Positions 8,861 through 18,193 of a stretch of DNA of 64,000 bases are shown piece after piece (within the stretch, counting starts at the first letter, position 1; the number at the start of each line of letters is the position of its first letter). Made by a program: the position numbers and the translations under genes. The DNA comes from an uncultured Rhodopirellula sp. (GTDB lineage: Bacteria > Planctomycetota > Planctomycetia > Pirellulales > Pirellulaceae): positions 1 through 64,000 of the forward strand of contig CAXGAI010000010.1 of assembly GCA_964007735.1 (NCBI GenBank), written 5' to 3'. The notes under the pieces were generated by a model, which saw only the letters and a list, made by a program, of their open reading frames with translations, did not search any database and was not told the DNA's origin.

Positions 8861-11146
8861 CTACACTTCCACCTTTTTATAAAAATATTTTTTGACAATG
8901 CTATCAACTGGTGGTGGCGTGCTTATCGTCACCACATAGCCAACAATAAACGAAGCCGCTAAACCCAGGATGATTGGGTCCGTACCAAACAATCTATATG
9001 GTGTGAAACCATCGCCATTTAGAAACCCCACACAATACATAGCCAAATGAGTTCCAAAGCCACCAAGCATCGCTGCTATACAACCCTGGTGATTGGCACG
9101 CGGCCAATAGAGAGCATAGACTACCGGAGCTAAAAATGCGGCCGCCAGTCCACTACCTGTATAGACAATAATATCCTGTAGAAATTCTGGGGGGTACATC
9201 GCTCCCACAAGAGCTCCCAGCCCCACCACCAATGTAAAGAAGTAGCTAAGCTTCTTGATCTTATCTTCCGTGGCATTTGGATTCATATTTCGCTGGTAAA
9301 TATCTCTCACCAAGGCGGACGAGATCATTAGAAGAAAACTGTCGACTGTACTCATCACCGCAGCAAACGGAGCAGCGATTAATAGACCGGCCAACCATCC
9401 CATTCCAATATTAGAAGTGAGTGTCACAGCCATTTGAGGCATGATCCGATCTGCTTCTGCTTCCATACCTGGTAAAAGCACTCTCGCACAGCAGAAAATC
9501 ACAACCAACGGCATATAAATCAGGGTGTAATAAATCGCCACTGTGAAAATAGAGCGACGTAACGTTAACGTGTCTTTAAAGGCCATCAGACGAACCATAT
9601 TACTGGGTTGACCTGTTCCCGAAATTGCCCACATGAAGAAGAAAGAGATGGCCAGACTCAATGGCAAGAATCCGTTCGCTTCCGTTCGATGCGGCCCCGG
9701 TGCCGTGAGGTAGGCGCCCCGCTGATCTTCTGAGGATCCGTGGGCATAAAAACCTTCATCAATATCAGCAAGTTTCAAATCTGCCAAATACGGGGTCTCC
9801 TGGACTTGTTCCGCATAACCTGCTAATTCCGTTTCTAAAATCCTGCCTTCCGTATAGACGATTTGAAACAAAAAGATGTCTATGGGGGAACCTGGTGTAC
9901 GGTCTTTCTTAGGGGTAATAATTGAATACAGCATGGCAATCCGCTGCTTCCCGTCTTTACCTTGAAAAGGTAGTAACAACCCAGGTTTAAGAGAAATATC
10001 TTCGATCGCCACCGGATAATCCTCAGGTATGTGCAAGGAAGCTTTGTTGAGGATTCGCCTAACCTTCAGTTTTGCCAAATCGGCTGCGGTTTCTACAGCG
10101 TTCTGAGTTTCTAATGCTTTCCAGGAACGTTGCCTATCGTTTTCCGAAACAATCTCAATAGCTTCCACAACAGCAAATCCCGTACTTTTTTCAAGCGTAT
10201 ATCGTTTCGTCGTTCTGAAGATTCGGTTGGTCTCTCCATAAAGTGGAAAACCTTGAGACGACAGCCACGTGCCTTGAGCAATACTGACATCCTCCTCCAG
10301 TGCTTCTGTCGACTCAATTACCAATGTCAGATAACGCGGAGGAAGCATTTCTCCCATCTCTTCAGTCACCAACGCCATACCAGTCTTGGTAGACTCACCG
10401 GGGTCAATAGCGTTGCTGGCCTGATTAATCGCCAAAGGGAGCATGATGACCACACCAACGACCATTACGACTCCCTGCATAACATCTGTCCAGACAACCG
10501 CATGAAATCCGCCGTAGGTTGTATAAACAATGACAGCTATCCCAAACACCACAAGACAAAACGTATAGTCTGTCGACTCACTGGAAAAATTCGCAAACCA
10601 ACTTGGGAGCGATTCGACTACTGAGTTAAAGGCTTCAATCGGTCCCAGAAGTGTCCTTAGAATCTCGCTGCCGGCCTTAAATTGTGCGACGAGATTAAAT
10701 GTCATAAAAAATATAATTAACGCCACACTGATTAACCCAAAGGACGCATTGTTAAACCGATCCCGCAGCACATCCGGGATTGTGATCGCTCCCGATGTTC
10801 TAGCAACCTGATTAATTCTCTTTCCTAACAAACCCATAACGCAGATGGGAACGACCATGTAGGAACCGATCCAAAGAGCAAGCACCCAACCATGACTATA
10901 TATTTTTGCGGGAAACCCCATAAAGCTACCGCCAGATGAACTTGTAGCTGCCAGCGTCAAGGCAAATGCCCAAACACCGAGACCACGGCTGCCTAAAAAA
11001 TACTCGCTCAGGAAATTTCGGCCCTGCAAAAGCTTGTTGGAAAGTCCAGCAATCACAAAAACAGCGACGATATAAATCAGGAACGTGATTAAAACAGCGT
11101 TACCTGATTCTCCCTGACCGATTAAAAGCGAAAGTGAATCAAGCAT
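8861..11146 (-). CDS. Sodium:solute symporter (PanF-like) with a large soluble insertion
   Basis: EYFLGSR, SGGSFMGFP, YTTYGGFHAVVWTDVMQG, AAVMSTVDS motifs; 761 aa, much longer than the core fold. Confidence 0.9.
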   Translation of the reverse strand: MLDSLSLLIGQGESGNAVLITFLIYIVAVFVIAGLSNKLLQGRNFLSEYFLGSRGLGVWAFALTLAATSSSGGSFMGFPAKIYSHGWVLALWIGSYMVVPICVMGLLGKRINQVARTSGAITIPDVLRDRFNNASFGLISVALIIFFMTFNLVAQFKAGSEILRTLLGPIEAFNSVVESLPSWFANFSSESTDYTFCLVVFGIAVIVYTTYGGFHAVVWTDVMQGVVMVVGVVIMLPLAINQASNAIDPGESTKTGMALVTEEMGEMLPPRYLTLVIESTEALEEDVSIAQGTWLSSQGFPLYGETNRIFRTTKRYTLEKSTGFAVVEAIEIVSENDRQRSWKALETQNAVETAADLAKLKVRRILNKASLHIPEDYPVAIEDISLKPGLLLPFQGKDGKQRIAMLYSIITPKKDRTPGSPIDIFLFQIVYTEGRILETELAGYAEQVQETPYLADLKLADIDEGFYAHGSSEDQRGAYLTAPGPHRTEANGFLPLSLAISFFFMWAISGTGQPSNMVRLMAFKDTLTLRRSIFTVAIYYTLIYMPLVVIFCCARVLLPGMEAEADRIMPQMAVTLTSNIGMGWLAGLLIAAPFAAVMSTVDSFLLMISSALVRDIYQRNMNPNATEDKIKKLSYFFTLVVGLGALVGAMYPPEFLQDIIVYTGSGLAAAFLAPVVYALYWPRANHQGCIAAMLGGFGTHLAMYCVGFLNGDGFTPYRLFGTDPIILGLAASFIVGYVVTISTPPPVDSIVKKYFYKKVEV

Positions 11147-11505
11147 TACTCAGCTCCTTCCGTCTTAGGTGTCAAATGTTCTTCATCTCCGGCAACACCT
11201 AAATCGTCGTCTTGCATAAAGCGAAAGCAAAACCAAGTCGTGAAAAGGTCGGCTGCAATCCAGGGCGCCCCTATCCCCCAAACAATCCATGACGGAATTC
11301 CAAAAGTCGTTGGTATGTCAGTCGGGTCAGCAATGTTATACCCGTTGTAGTAGCAGTAAGGCACTGCCCAACACATCGCGACAAACCAACTTATGAAAAT
11401 AACAATTGCTTCTCGTCTTGAGTTTACAAAAGTTGGATCGAGTTCATAAGCGTCCCATGACTCTGGGGAATCAACCGAGTTTTGCTCAGGATCCGTATCC
11501 ATCAT
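11146..11505 (-). CDS. Small membrane protein, YhdT/DUF997-like partner of the SSS transporter
   Basis: RREAIVI, two hydrophobic segments, FGIPSW; its stop overlaps the symporter ATG. Start moved to the ATG ATG at 11505. Confidence 0.75.
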   Translation of the reverse strand: MMDTDPEQNSVDSPESWDAYELDPTFVNSRREAIVIFISWFVAMCWAVPYCYYNGYNIADPTDIPTTFGIPSWIVWGIGAPWIAADLFTTWFCFRFMQDDDLGVAGDEEHLTPKTEGAE

Positions 11506-11685
11506 AGCTATATACCCTACATGGTTATTTGTAGTAACAAACGAATTGTTCATTCTACGGGTGTAAAACACCAGGGTGCAACCAGTCAGCACTACTCCCC
11601 GACAAAGGTTATGTGCCTTAAAATCACTTATAATTGTTTTTTAGTATCCAGCGGGATCATCCTAGTTCCAGATAAAGGTGTTGGT

Positions 11686-12567
11686 GTGTCAGCAGTCATC
11701 ATGGATGGCAAAGCCATTTCCAAAGAAATCCAGACCGAGATCACTCAGGAAGTCGCTCAATTTGTTGAGCAGGCAGGAATCACTCCATGCCTGGCAGCCG
11801 TCTTAGTCGGAGATGACCCTGCCAGTGAGGTCTATGTCCGAAACAAGCACCGAGCCTGTGAGCGGGTTGGGATTACCAGTCAGATGCATAAACTGCCTGC
11901 CAGCACAACGCAGGAAGAGCTGCTGACGTTAATCAACCAACTCAATTTAGCCAACGATGTTCATGGCATTCTGATTCAACTTCCTCTACCTGAAGGCATC
12001 GATACTCTACTCGTGCTTGATGCGGTAGACCCTCGGAAAGACGTGGATGCTTTTCATCCGGAAAATGTCGGATTGATCTCACAGGGACGGCCACGCTTCC
12101 TACCATGCACACCGCATGGCGTACAGCAAATCCTCGATCGCTGTGGAATCGAAATGTCCGGGAAACATGTGGTCATTGTCGGTCGAAGCGATATTGTTGG
12201 AAAACCCATGTCCATGCTGCTCACTGCAAGGAACTCAACGCGCGGGCCTCAGGCTGCGAATGCAACCGTTACATTGTGTCACAGTCGTACGCGAAACCTG
12301 CCCGAGGTTTGCAGATCAGCGGATGTGATTGTGGCAGCCATCGGCGTTGCTAAATTCATTACGGCGGACATGGTCAAACCGGGAGCTGCCGTCGTGGATG
12401 TAGGTATCAATCGCACTGAGGAAGGGCTCTGTGGCGATGTGGATTTCGAAAAGGTTCGTGAAGTCGCCGGCCACATCACGCCGGTGCCTGGCGGGGTGGG
12501 ACCTTTGACGGTCACGATGCTGATGTATAACACGCTCGATGCTGCCAAGCTGCTTGCCGGCAGGTAA
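11686..12567 (+). CDS. folD: Bifunctional methylenetetrahydrofolate dehydrogenase/cyclohydrolase
   Basis: YVRNK, KDVDAFHP, PCTP, GRSDIVGKP, TPVPGGVGP. Start at GTG 11686 (or ATG 11701) rather than 11482. Confidence 0.97.
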   Translation: MSAVIMDGKAISKEIQTEITQEVAQFVEQAGITPCLAAVLVGDDPASEVYVRNKHRACERVGITSQMHKLPASTTQEELLTLINQLNLANDVHGILIQLPLPEGIDTLLVLDAVDPRKDVDAFHPENVGLISQGRPRFLPCTPHGVQQILDRCGIEMSGKHVVIVGRSDIVGKPMSMLLTARNSTRGPQAANATVTLCHSRTRNLPEVCRSADVIVAAIGVAKFITADMVKPGAAVVDVGINRTEEGLCGDVDFEKVREVAGHITPVPGGVGPLTVTMLMYNTLDAAKLLAGR

Positions 12568-12586
12568 GTCCGACCAAGAGCGACCT

Positions 12587-12613
12587 TTGCCTGTCAGGCA
12601 AGTCGGCTATAAT
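12587..12613 (+). promoter_or_regulatory. Candidate promoter of the sulfite reductase gene, with a perfect 7-1-7 palindrome over the -35 region
   Basis: TTGCCTG-T-CAGGCAA at 12587-12601, followed by TATAAT at 12608-12613. Confidence 0.45.
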
Positions 12614-12724
12614 AGAGGATTGCCCGAATCGCTTTTTGCGTCGTCAATGCGTTGCCATTGATTATCAGCACAATCGATTCAATCAATGCCGTATCCAACA
12701 CGCCCCTGACCCAAAGTTTCAACC

Positions 12725-14461
12725 ATGTCATCTGCAAACAAAGAACCTCAGCCAAGTGCGATCGAAGTATTCAAAAACGACAGTGAATATCTATTGGGTG
12801 AAATCGGAACGGAATTAGTTGATCAAAATAACTTCTTTGGCAAAGGCAGCGTTCAACTGTTGAAACACCACGGAACCTATCAACAGGATGACCGTGACGT
12901 ACGTGGCCAGATTCAGGATGACGGCAGTAAAAAACGATTTATCTATATGGTGCGAACGAGGATTCCGGGCGGACGCATGACGACCCGTCAGTTTCTGGCA
13001 CACCTTGATCTTTGTGATGAAGTAGGCAACACCACGCTACGCATCACTTCTCGTCAAACCCTGCAACTGCACGGTGTTATCAAATCAGACCTCAAAAATA
13101 CCATTAAGCGAATCAATGATACGGAATTAACTACATTAGCTGCCTGCGGGGACGTTGCGCGTAATACCATGTGCTGCCCGGCCCCCTTTAAAAACGCCGT
13201 TTATGATGAACTGCGAGGACTCACCGACGAAATTGCAGAACGATTACGTCCGCGAACCAAGACCTATCACGAATTATGGCTCACCGATACCGATACCGGT
13301 GAAAAATGTCTGGTGGGGGGAGACTCGGAAGCTTCCCTTTCTGGCTACGACGGTGACGATATAGAACCAATTTATGGTCGGCAGTACCTACCCCGCAAAT
13401 TCAAAATCGGGATCACACTTCCGCACGACAACTGCATCGATGTCTATACTCATGATCTGGGTCTGATCGCGGTTCTGGAAGACAACAAGATCACGGGCTA
13501 CAACGTGTTAGTAGGTGGGGGACAAGGTCGTTCGCCAAGTGCTAAAAAAACCTTCCCTGCATTAGGTCAGAAACTCTGCTTTGCGACCAGAGCGGAAGTG
13601 ATCAGCATTATCGAAGCCGTCGTTAAAGTCCAACGGGATCATGGAAATCGAAGTGACCGAAAAGTAGCTCGAATGAAGTATCTCATTCACAACTGGGGAC
13701 TCGAAAAATTCAAGGCCAAGGTGGAAGAGTATTGGGGAGGTAGTCTAACAGAACCCGATCCTACTGATGTGACCGGACATGACGATCACATGGGTTGGCA
13801 TGAGCAAGGAGATGGAAACTGGTTCTATGGTCTCAACATTGAAAATGGACGTATTAAAGATACGGAAACCATGAAGCTCAAAACGGCTTTACGAGAAATT
13901 TGCGAGCAACTGAGACCTAGCATTAACCTAACCGCCCATCAAAGCCTGATTTTCGGGGATGTCGCCGAAGGTGACAGGGCCAAATTAGAAGAAATCCTTA
14001 TCCAGCATGGCGTTCTCCTTAGCGGTGACATTTCCAATGCCCGTCTATGGTCGATGGCGTGTGTTGCCTGGCCAACCTGTGGTTTGTCAATCACGGAAAG
14101 CGAACGCGCATTGCCAGGTATGATCGACGATCTGGAAGTTGCTTTAGATGATATGGGATTGTCTGAAGAGAAATTCACACTTCGCATGACCGGTTGCCCC
14201 AATGGTTGTGCCCGTCCATACAATCCGGAAATCGGATTGGTAGGGCGAGCGAAAAATAAGTACACCATGTTTGTTGGTGGTGCCCGAATCGGTAATCGAC
14301 TTAGCTTCATTCACAAAGACATGCTGCCCGCTGAAGAAGTCGTGCCATCAATTATTAAATTATTTGAATACTTTAAAGAAGAGCGGCAGGGAAAAGAATC
14401 TATCGGTGACTTCTGTACTCGTAAAGGTAACGATGCTTTATTGGAATATGTGGAAGCGTGA
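12725..14461 (+). CDS. cysI: Assimilatory sulfite reductase hemoprotein (siroheme/[4Fe-4S])
   Basis: HGTYQQDDR, RQTLQLHG, ACGDVARN, YLPRKFKI, CVAWPTCGL and TGCPNGC cluster ligands. Confidence 0.9.
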   Translation: MSSANKEPQPSAIEVFKNDSEYLLGEIGTELVDQNNFFGKGSVQLLKHHGTYQQDDRDVRGQIQDDGSKKRFIYMVRTRIPGGRMTTRQFLAHLDLCDEVGNTTLRITSRQTLQLHGVIKSDLKNTIKRINDTELTTLAACGDVARNTMCCPAPFKNAVYDELRGLTDEIAERLRPRTKTYHELWLTDTDTGEKCLVGGDSEASLSGYDGDDIEPIYGRQYLPRKFKIGITLPHDNCIDVYTHDLGLIAVLEDNKITGYNVLVGGGQGRSPSAKKTFPALGQKLCFATRAEVISIIEAVVKVQRDHGNRSDRKVARMKYLIHNWGLEKFKAKVEEYWGGSLTEPDPTDVTGHDDHMGWHEQGDGNWFYGLNIENGRIKDTETMKLKTALREICEQLRPSINLTAHQSLIFGDVAEGDRAKLEEILIQHGVLLSGDISNARLWSMACVAWPTCGLSITESERALPGMIDDLEVALDDMGLSEEKFTLRMTGCPNGCARPYNPEIGLVGRAKNKYTMFVGGARIGNRLSFIHKDMLPAEEVVPSIIKLFEYFKEERQGKESIGDFCTRKGNDALLEYVEA

Positions 14462-14543
14462 GTATGTCCCGCACATTCGCTCTCTAAAGTGTTATTAATT
14501 ATTGACCGTTTGCTAAACCGCCTTATTCATTCGGATAGTTTCG

Positions 14544-15350
14544 ATGACTTTGGAAATCACCAGTCCTCAAAATCCTCGAATTAGAGAAGTGGTTCGCCTT
14601 AGAGATCGTCGCGGTCGTCAAAACCAATCGCGATTTATTATTGATGGCCTGCGGGAAATTCAGCGAGCATGTGCTACAAGCCTGATCATCGAAGAAGTCT
14701 ATTTCGATACCGCTCAGTGTCAGCAAGGGCCTGAACACACGACGCTTTCCATCCTTCAGAAGAGCGGCATTAAACTCATCGAAGTGTCTGGTCGGGTCAT
14801 GGAGAAACTCTCGTATGGCCAACGGCGGTTAGCCATGGTTGCTGTCGCAAAAACACCGCCCCTTCGTACTCTTGAAGACTTCACAGCAAAGCCAGAAGCA
14901 TTCATCATTGTTCTGGAAGCTGTTGAAAAGCCTGGAAATCTTGGGGCCATTGTGAGAACGGCTGATGCGGCTGGTGTCGATGCAGTGTTCTTGTCTGGTG
15001 GTACCCACGACTTGTTCAATCCAAACACTATTCGTAGTAGTAGTGGAGCTATCTTTCACCTACCTGTCATTCACACACAACACGACGAATTGGAATCATG
15101 GCTCGATGACAACGCTTTCAAAACATTTGCAACTCGGGTTGATGGAGCCATCAACTATGCTCAAGCTAATTTCACTGGCAAAGTTGCGTTTGTAATGGGT
15201 ACAGAGGCGACCGGCTTAAGTAATGACTGGAACCATCAGAATTCATCTGCCATCAGTATCCCTATGCTGGGAATTGCCGATAGTCTGAATGTGTCAACCA
15301 GCTGTGCTGTTATTTGTTTTGAAGCTCTTCGACAACGATCGCAGGCTTAG
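14544..15350 (+). CDS. TrmH/SpoU family RNA 2'-O-methyltransferase
   Basis: KPGNLGAIVRTADAAG, GTEATGL, IPMLGIADSLNVS SPOUT motifs. Confidence 0.93.
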   Translation: MTLEITSPQNPRIREVVRLRDRRGRQNQSRFIIDGLREIQRACATSLIIEEVYFDTAQCQQGPEHTTLSILQKSGIKLIEVSGRVMEKLSYGQRRLAMVAVAKTPPLRTLEDFTAKPEAFIIVLEAVEKPGNLGAIVRTADAAGVDAVFLSGGTHDLFNPNTIRSSSGAIFHLPVIHTQHDELESWLDDNAFKTFATRVDGAINYAQANFTGKVAFVMGTEATGLSNDWNHQNSSAISIPMLGIADSLNVSTSCAVICFEALRQRSQA

Positions 15351-15360
15351 GTCGAGCGTT

Positions 15361-16269
15361 CTAAGGAAAGCGTACAGCACACCCTGCATCAAGTCGATCA
15401 CCTGTCTGGGCGGTTAACGTCATTCGACTGGCACGTGCTCCTGCTCCACAGGATCCAAAAATTGCATCGGCAAAGGAGGCCTCTAAATCAGCCGAGCTAA
15501 AGTCGGGAGAATGATTGGTCATCAGGACGAAGCCACGCTGTTTTCTGGTAAGTTCTCCGCATATTTCCAGCAATGGCAACAAATGCTTCCCAATCTTCCA
15601 AACTTGATTTTTCGGCCCGTGACCGTAAGACGGAGGATCCAGAATGATTCCCTGATACTGGTTGCCTCGTTTCAATTCCCGCTGACAAAACAAGAACACA
15701 TCCTCCTGAATCCAACGAATCGACGCTTCACTCAATCCACTTGAAGCTGCATTCTCCCGAGCTCGTTTAATAATATTTCCCGCACTATCAATGTGAGTTA
15801 CACACGCTCCTGCTGCCGCGGCAGCTAGTGTGCTCCCGCCTGTATAGGCAAACAGATTGAGAACGTTCACGGGTTCCTGTCGGGCATGTTGCAGGCGTTT
15901 TACCTGCTGTCTGATCCAATGCCAGTTTTCAGCCTGTTCGGTAAATACCCCCAGATGTCCCACCGGACTTAGCTTCAAGTTGAGTCGGAACTGATCCTGA
16001 AAGCTAATCGACCAGGATGGGAAATCCCCACCATTCTTACCGAAATCAACCTTTGCATCGGACTGAAGAAGACTCCACTTACCTTTAAGACCATCCTTAC
16101 GATCAAACCTCACATGTGCTTGTTGCCACAATTCGGCGACAGATTTGGACGCCCGTTCTGCCGGAGGACAGGGACGGTCAATAATCCAATTACCAAATCG
16201 TTCTAACTTACGCCCGGCACCAAAATCCAGCAATTGGTACTGATCCGTCTGAAAACCACAACCCGACAT
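15361..16269 (-). CDS. Class I SAM-dependent methyltransferase (RlmI/RlmK-like)
   Basis: KLERFG, VLNLFAYTGG, ILDPPSYG motifs. Confidence 0.88.
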   Translation of the reverse strand: MSGCGFQTDQYQLLDFGAGRKLERFGNWIIDRPCPPAERASKSVAELWQQAHVRFDRKDGLKGKWSLLQSDAKVDFGKNGGDFPSWSISFQDQFRLNLKLSPVGHLGVFTEQAENWHWIRQQVKRLQHARQEPVNVLNLFAYTGGSTLAAAAAGACVTHIDSAGNIIKRARENAASSGLSEASIRWIQEDVFLFCQRELKRGNQYQGIILDPPSYGHGPKNQVWKIGKHLLPLLEICGELTRKQRGFVLMTNHSPDFSSADLEASFADAIFGSCGAGARASRMTLTAQTGDRLDAGCAVRFP

Positions 16270-16283
16270 TTCTCAAACTCCCT

Positions 16284-17159
16284 TTACTGAAGAGGTTGAG
16301 CACCAACGGGAGCTTTGACGGCTCCTGGTTCTCCGGGAGCGAGTGAGCCGGGTCCTTGTACAGGACCCTGATACTCGGCAGGAAGCACCGTCGGCTCTAA
16401 GGCATCGTTGAATGAAAATTCACTGTGGTATTTCGGTTTATTTTCCACCGTCGTTGAATACTTCGGACGTTCAAACCACTTAGCAACATTAAATACATTC
16501 GTATTGATTCGATGACCAGCAAATTTTGGCTCGTCATAAATAGTTCCCCATTGCAGAGGCCCAGCCCCGAAGATCCACATGTCATTAGAGGTCGAACGAG
16601 CATAGTTAACACCCGACTGCCAAATCGGATCGCGGTCGGTCTTGTCATATACGAAGACCGATATCTTGGCGAGACCCGAACTATCATCCCGTTTGGCAAT
16701 AGAGATTTCCGGCAGTACCGGAACCGTCGGCACGCTAGGAATTAAGGCCGTAAACGTTCCTAATGAATTGTTACCCGGAATACCATAAGTGATGGTCTGG
16801 CTATCTGCACCTAACGCACCTACACGCGGTTCGACGACGTATTCTGCGTCACCAACGGAATCCACCAAGTGGCAATTATGAGCGAACAATTGTTGCCGCA
16901 GGGCACTAACAATATAATTCGCGTTGACAAAACCGAAACCTTTTACGGCCACCACGTACTTTGAGTCGAGATAGACTTTTTCGCCAGCAATATCACTAAA
17001 ATCCAGATTGCCAACTGTGAGGTCAACTGCATTGGACATTAGAAGTTGGTCCGTACCAGTCTTAACCTTAGTCGTACCGCAACCGGTCAATAGACAACCA
17101 CATACGAGCACCAACAAAAGGTGTTGCAAATAGCTATTTTTACAGCAAATTGAATTCAT
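16284..17159 (-). CDS. Predicted lipoprotein (DUF6655/MafA-like)
   Basis: Lipobox LLTG|C followed by TxTDQLLMSNAVD, a pattern I associate with DUF6655/MafA-like proteins. Family call is from memory. Confidence 0.6.
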   Translation of the reverse strand: MNSICCKNSYLQHLLLVLVCGCLLTGCGTTKVKTGTDQLLMSNAVDLTVGNLDFSDIAGEKVYLDSKYVVAVKGFGFVNANYIVSALRQQLFAHNCHLVDSVGDAEYVVEPRVGALGADSQTITYGIPGNNSLGTFTALIPSVPTVPVLPEISIAKRDDSSGLAKISVFVYDKTDRDPIWQSGVNYARSTSNDMWIFGAGPLQWGTIYDEPKFAGHRINTNVFNVAKWFERPKYSTTVENKPKYHSEFSFNDALEPTVLPAEYQGPVQGPGSLAPGEPGAVKAPVGAQPLQ

Positions 17160-17398
17160 CTCTCTAACATTCCCCGCAGGCCCCCCCACATGGAAAAGTC
17201 GAGAAAGTATACGAAAACATCTCCGAAGCCTCCAGATGAGTTTTCAAACTTCAAGTCAGGCCATCAACATAGGACCCAATACCGGCCCTTTGGCGAATCG
17301 GGGACGAGCTGATTCTGATGCCAAGAAAGAAGATTTCCCTTGAAATGCTTAACTCATTAGCGGTAACGAGCTTAGTATTGGAATTTTATTAAACAACC

Positions 17399-18193
17399 CT
17401 ACACAAGTGACAATAACTTGCGTACAGCCGAGCCAATATCGTCCTGTCGCATCAGACTTTCGCCAACGAGGATTGCATCCACATCCTGTTCCGCCAGCAT
17501 GAGGACATCTTGCGGGGTATAGATGCCCGATTCCCCAACCAAAAGACACTCATCGGGTACTTGTTGTTTCATATCAATCGTATGTCCAAGATCGGTTTCA
17601 AAGGTATGAAGGTTACGGTTGTTCACACCAATTAAACTGGCGCCTGCTTCGAGTACTCGCTGACAATTTTCGGGAAAATAGAATTCAACCAAGGGTGTGA
17701 GGCCAAGATCGATCGCTTCACTATGCAACTTTCTCAAATTGCAATCATCCAAACACTCGGCAATCAATAATACGGCATCCGCTCCCGCCACTCTGGCTTC
17801 GAGTAATTGATAGGTATCAAGAATAAAGTCTTTCCGAAGAATCGGAATCTCGACGTGTTGGCGAATCGCTGTAAGGTACTCCAAGTTACCCTGAAAATAT
17901 TGCTCGTCTGTCAGGCAGCTAATACAAGATGCTCCATTAGCCTCATAGGCCTTAGCAATATCAACTGGATCGAACTTTTCTCGAATGAGGCCTGCTGAGG
18001 GACTGGCTTTCTTTACCTCGGCGATCAGTTTGATCGGTCCATCGGCAGACAAGGCCCCAAAAAAATCACGCGTGGGAAAAGCATCGGCCAATCGCTCGCG
18101 TAAGTTCTTTTCTGATACTCTCCGTTTGGCTGCTTCTACTTCAGCCCGTTTGGTCTCAACGATTTTATCCAGTACGCTACCGGACTGTGACAT
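17399..18193 (-). CDS. trpC: Indole-3-glycerol phosphate synthase
   Basis: IAEVKKASPSAG, LRKDFI, IGVNNRNL, VGESGI, LVGESLM. Confidence 0.97.
   Translation of the reverse strand: MSQSGSVLDKIVETKRAEVEAAKRRVSEKNLRERLADAFPTRDFFGALSADGPIKLIAEVKKASPSAGLIREKFDPVDIAKAYEANGASCISCLTDEQYFQGNLEYLTAIRQHVEIPILRKDFILDTYQLLEARVAGADAVLLIAECLDDCNLRKLHSEAIDLGLTPLVEFYFPENCQRVLEAGASLIGVNNRNLHTFETDLGHTIDMKQQVPDECLLVGESGIYTPQDVLMLAEQDVDAILVGESLMRQDDIGSAVRKLLSLV

Noticed and set aside
11482..11685. Long N-terminal extensions making folD overlap the DUF997-like gene
   Set aside because: Artefact of longest-ORF calling. Family similarity starts near 11686 (folD) and 11505 (DUF997-like), leaving a normal divergent intergenic region. 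The same applies to the extended starts of lipA, smpB and the 37886 oxidoreductase.
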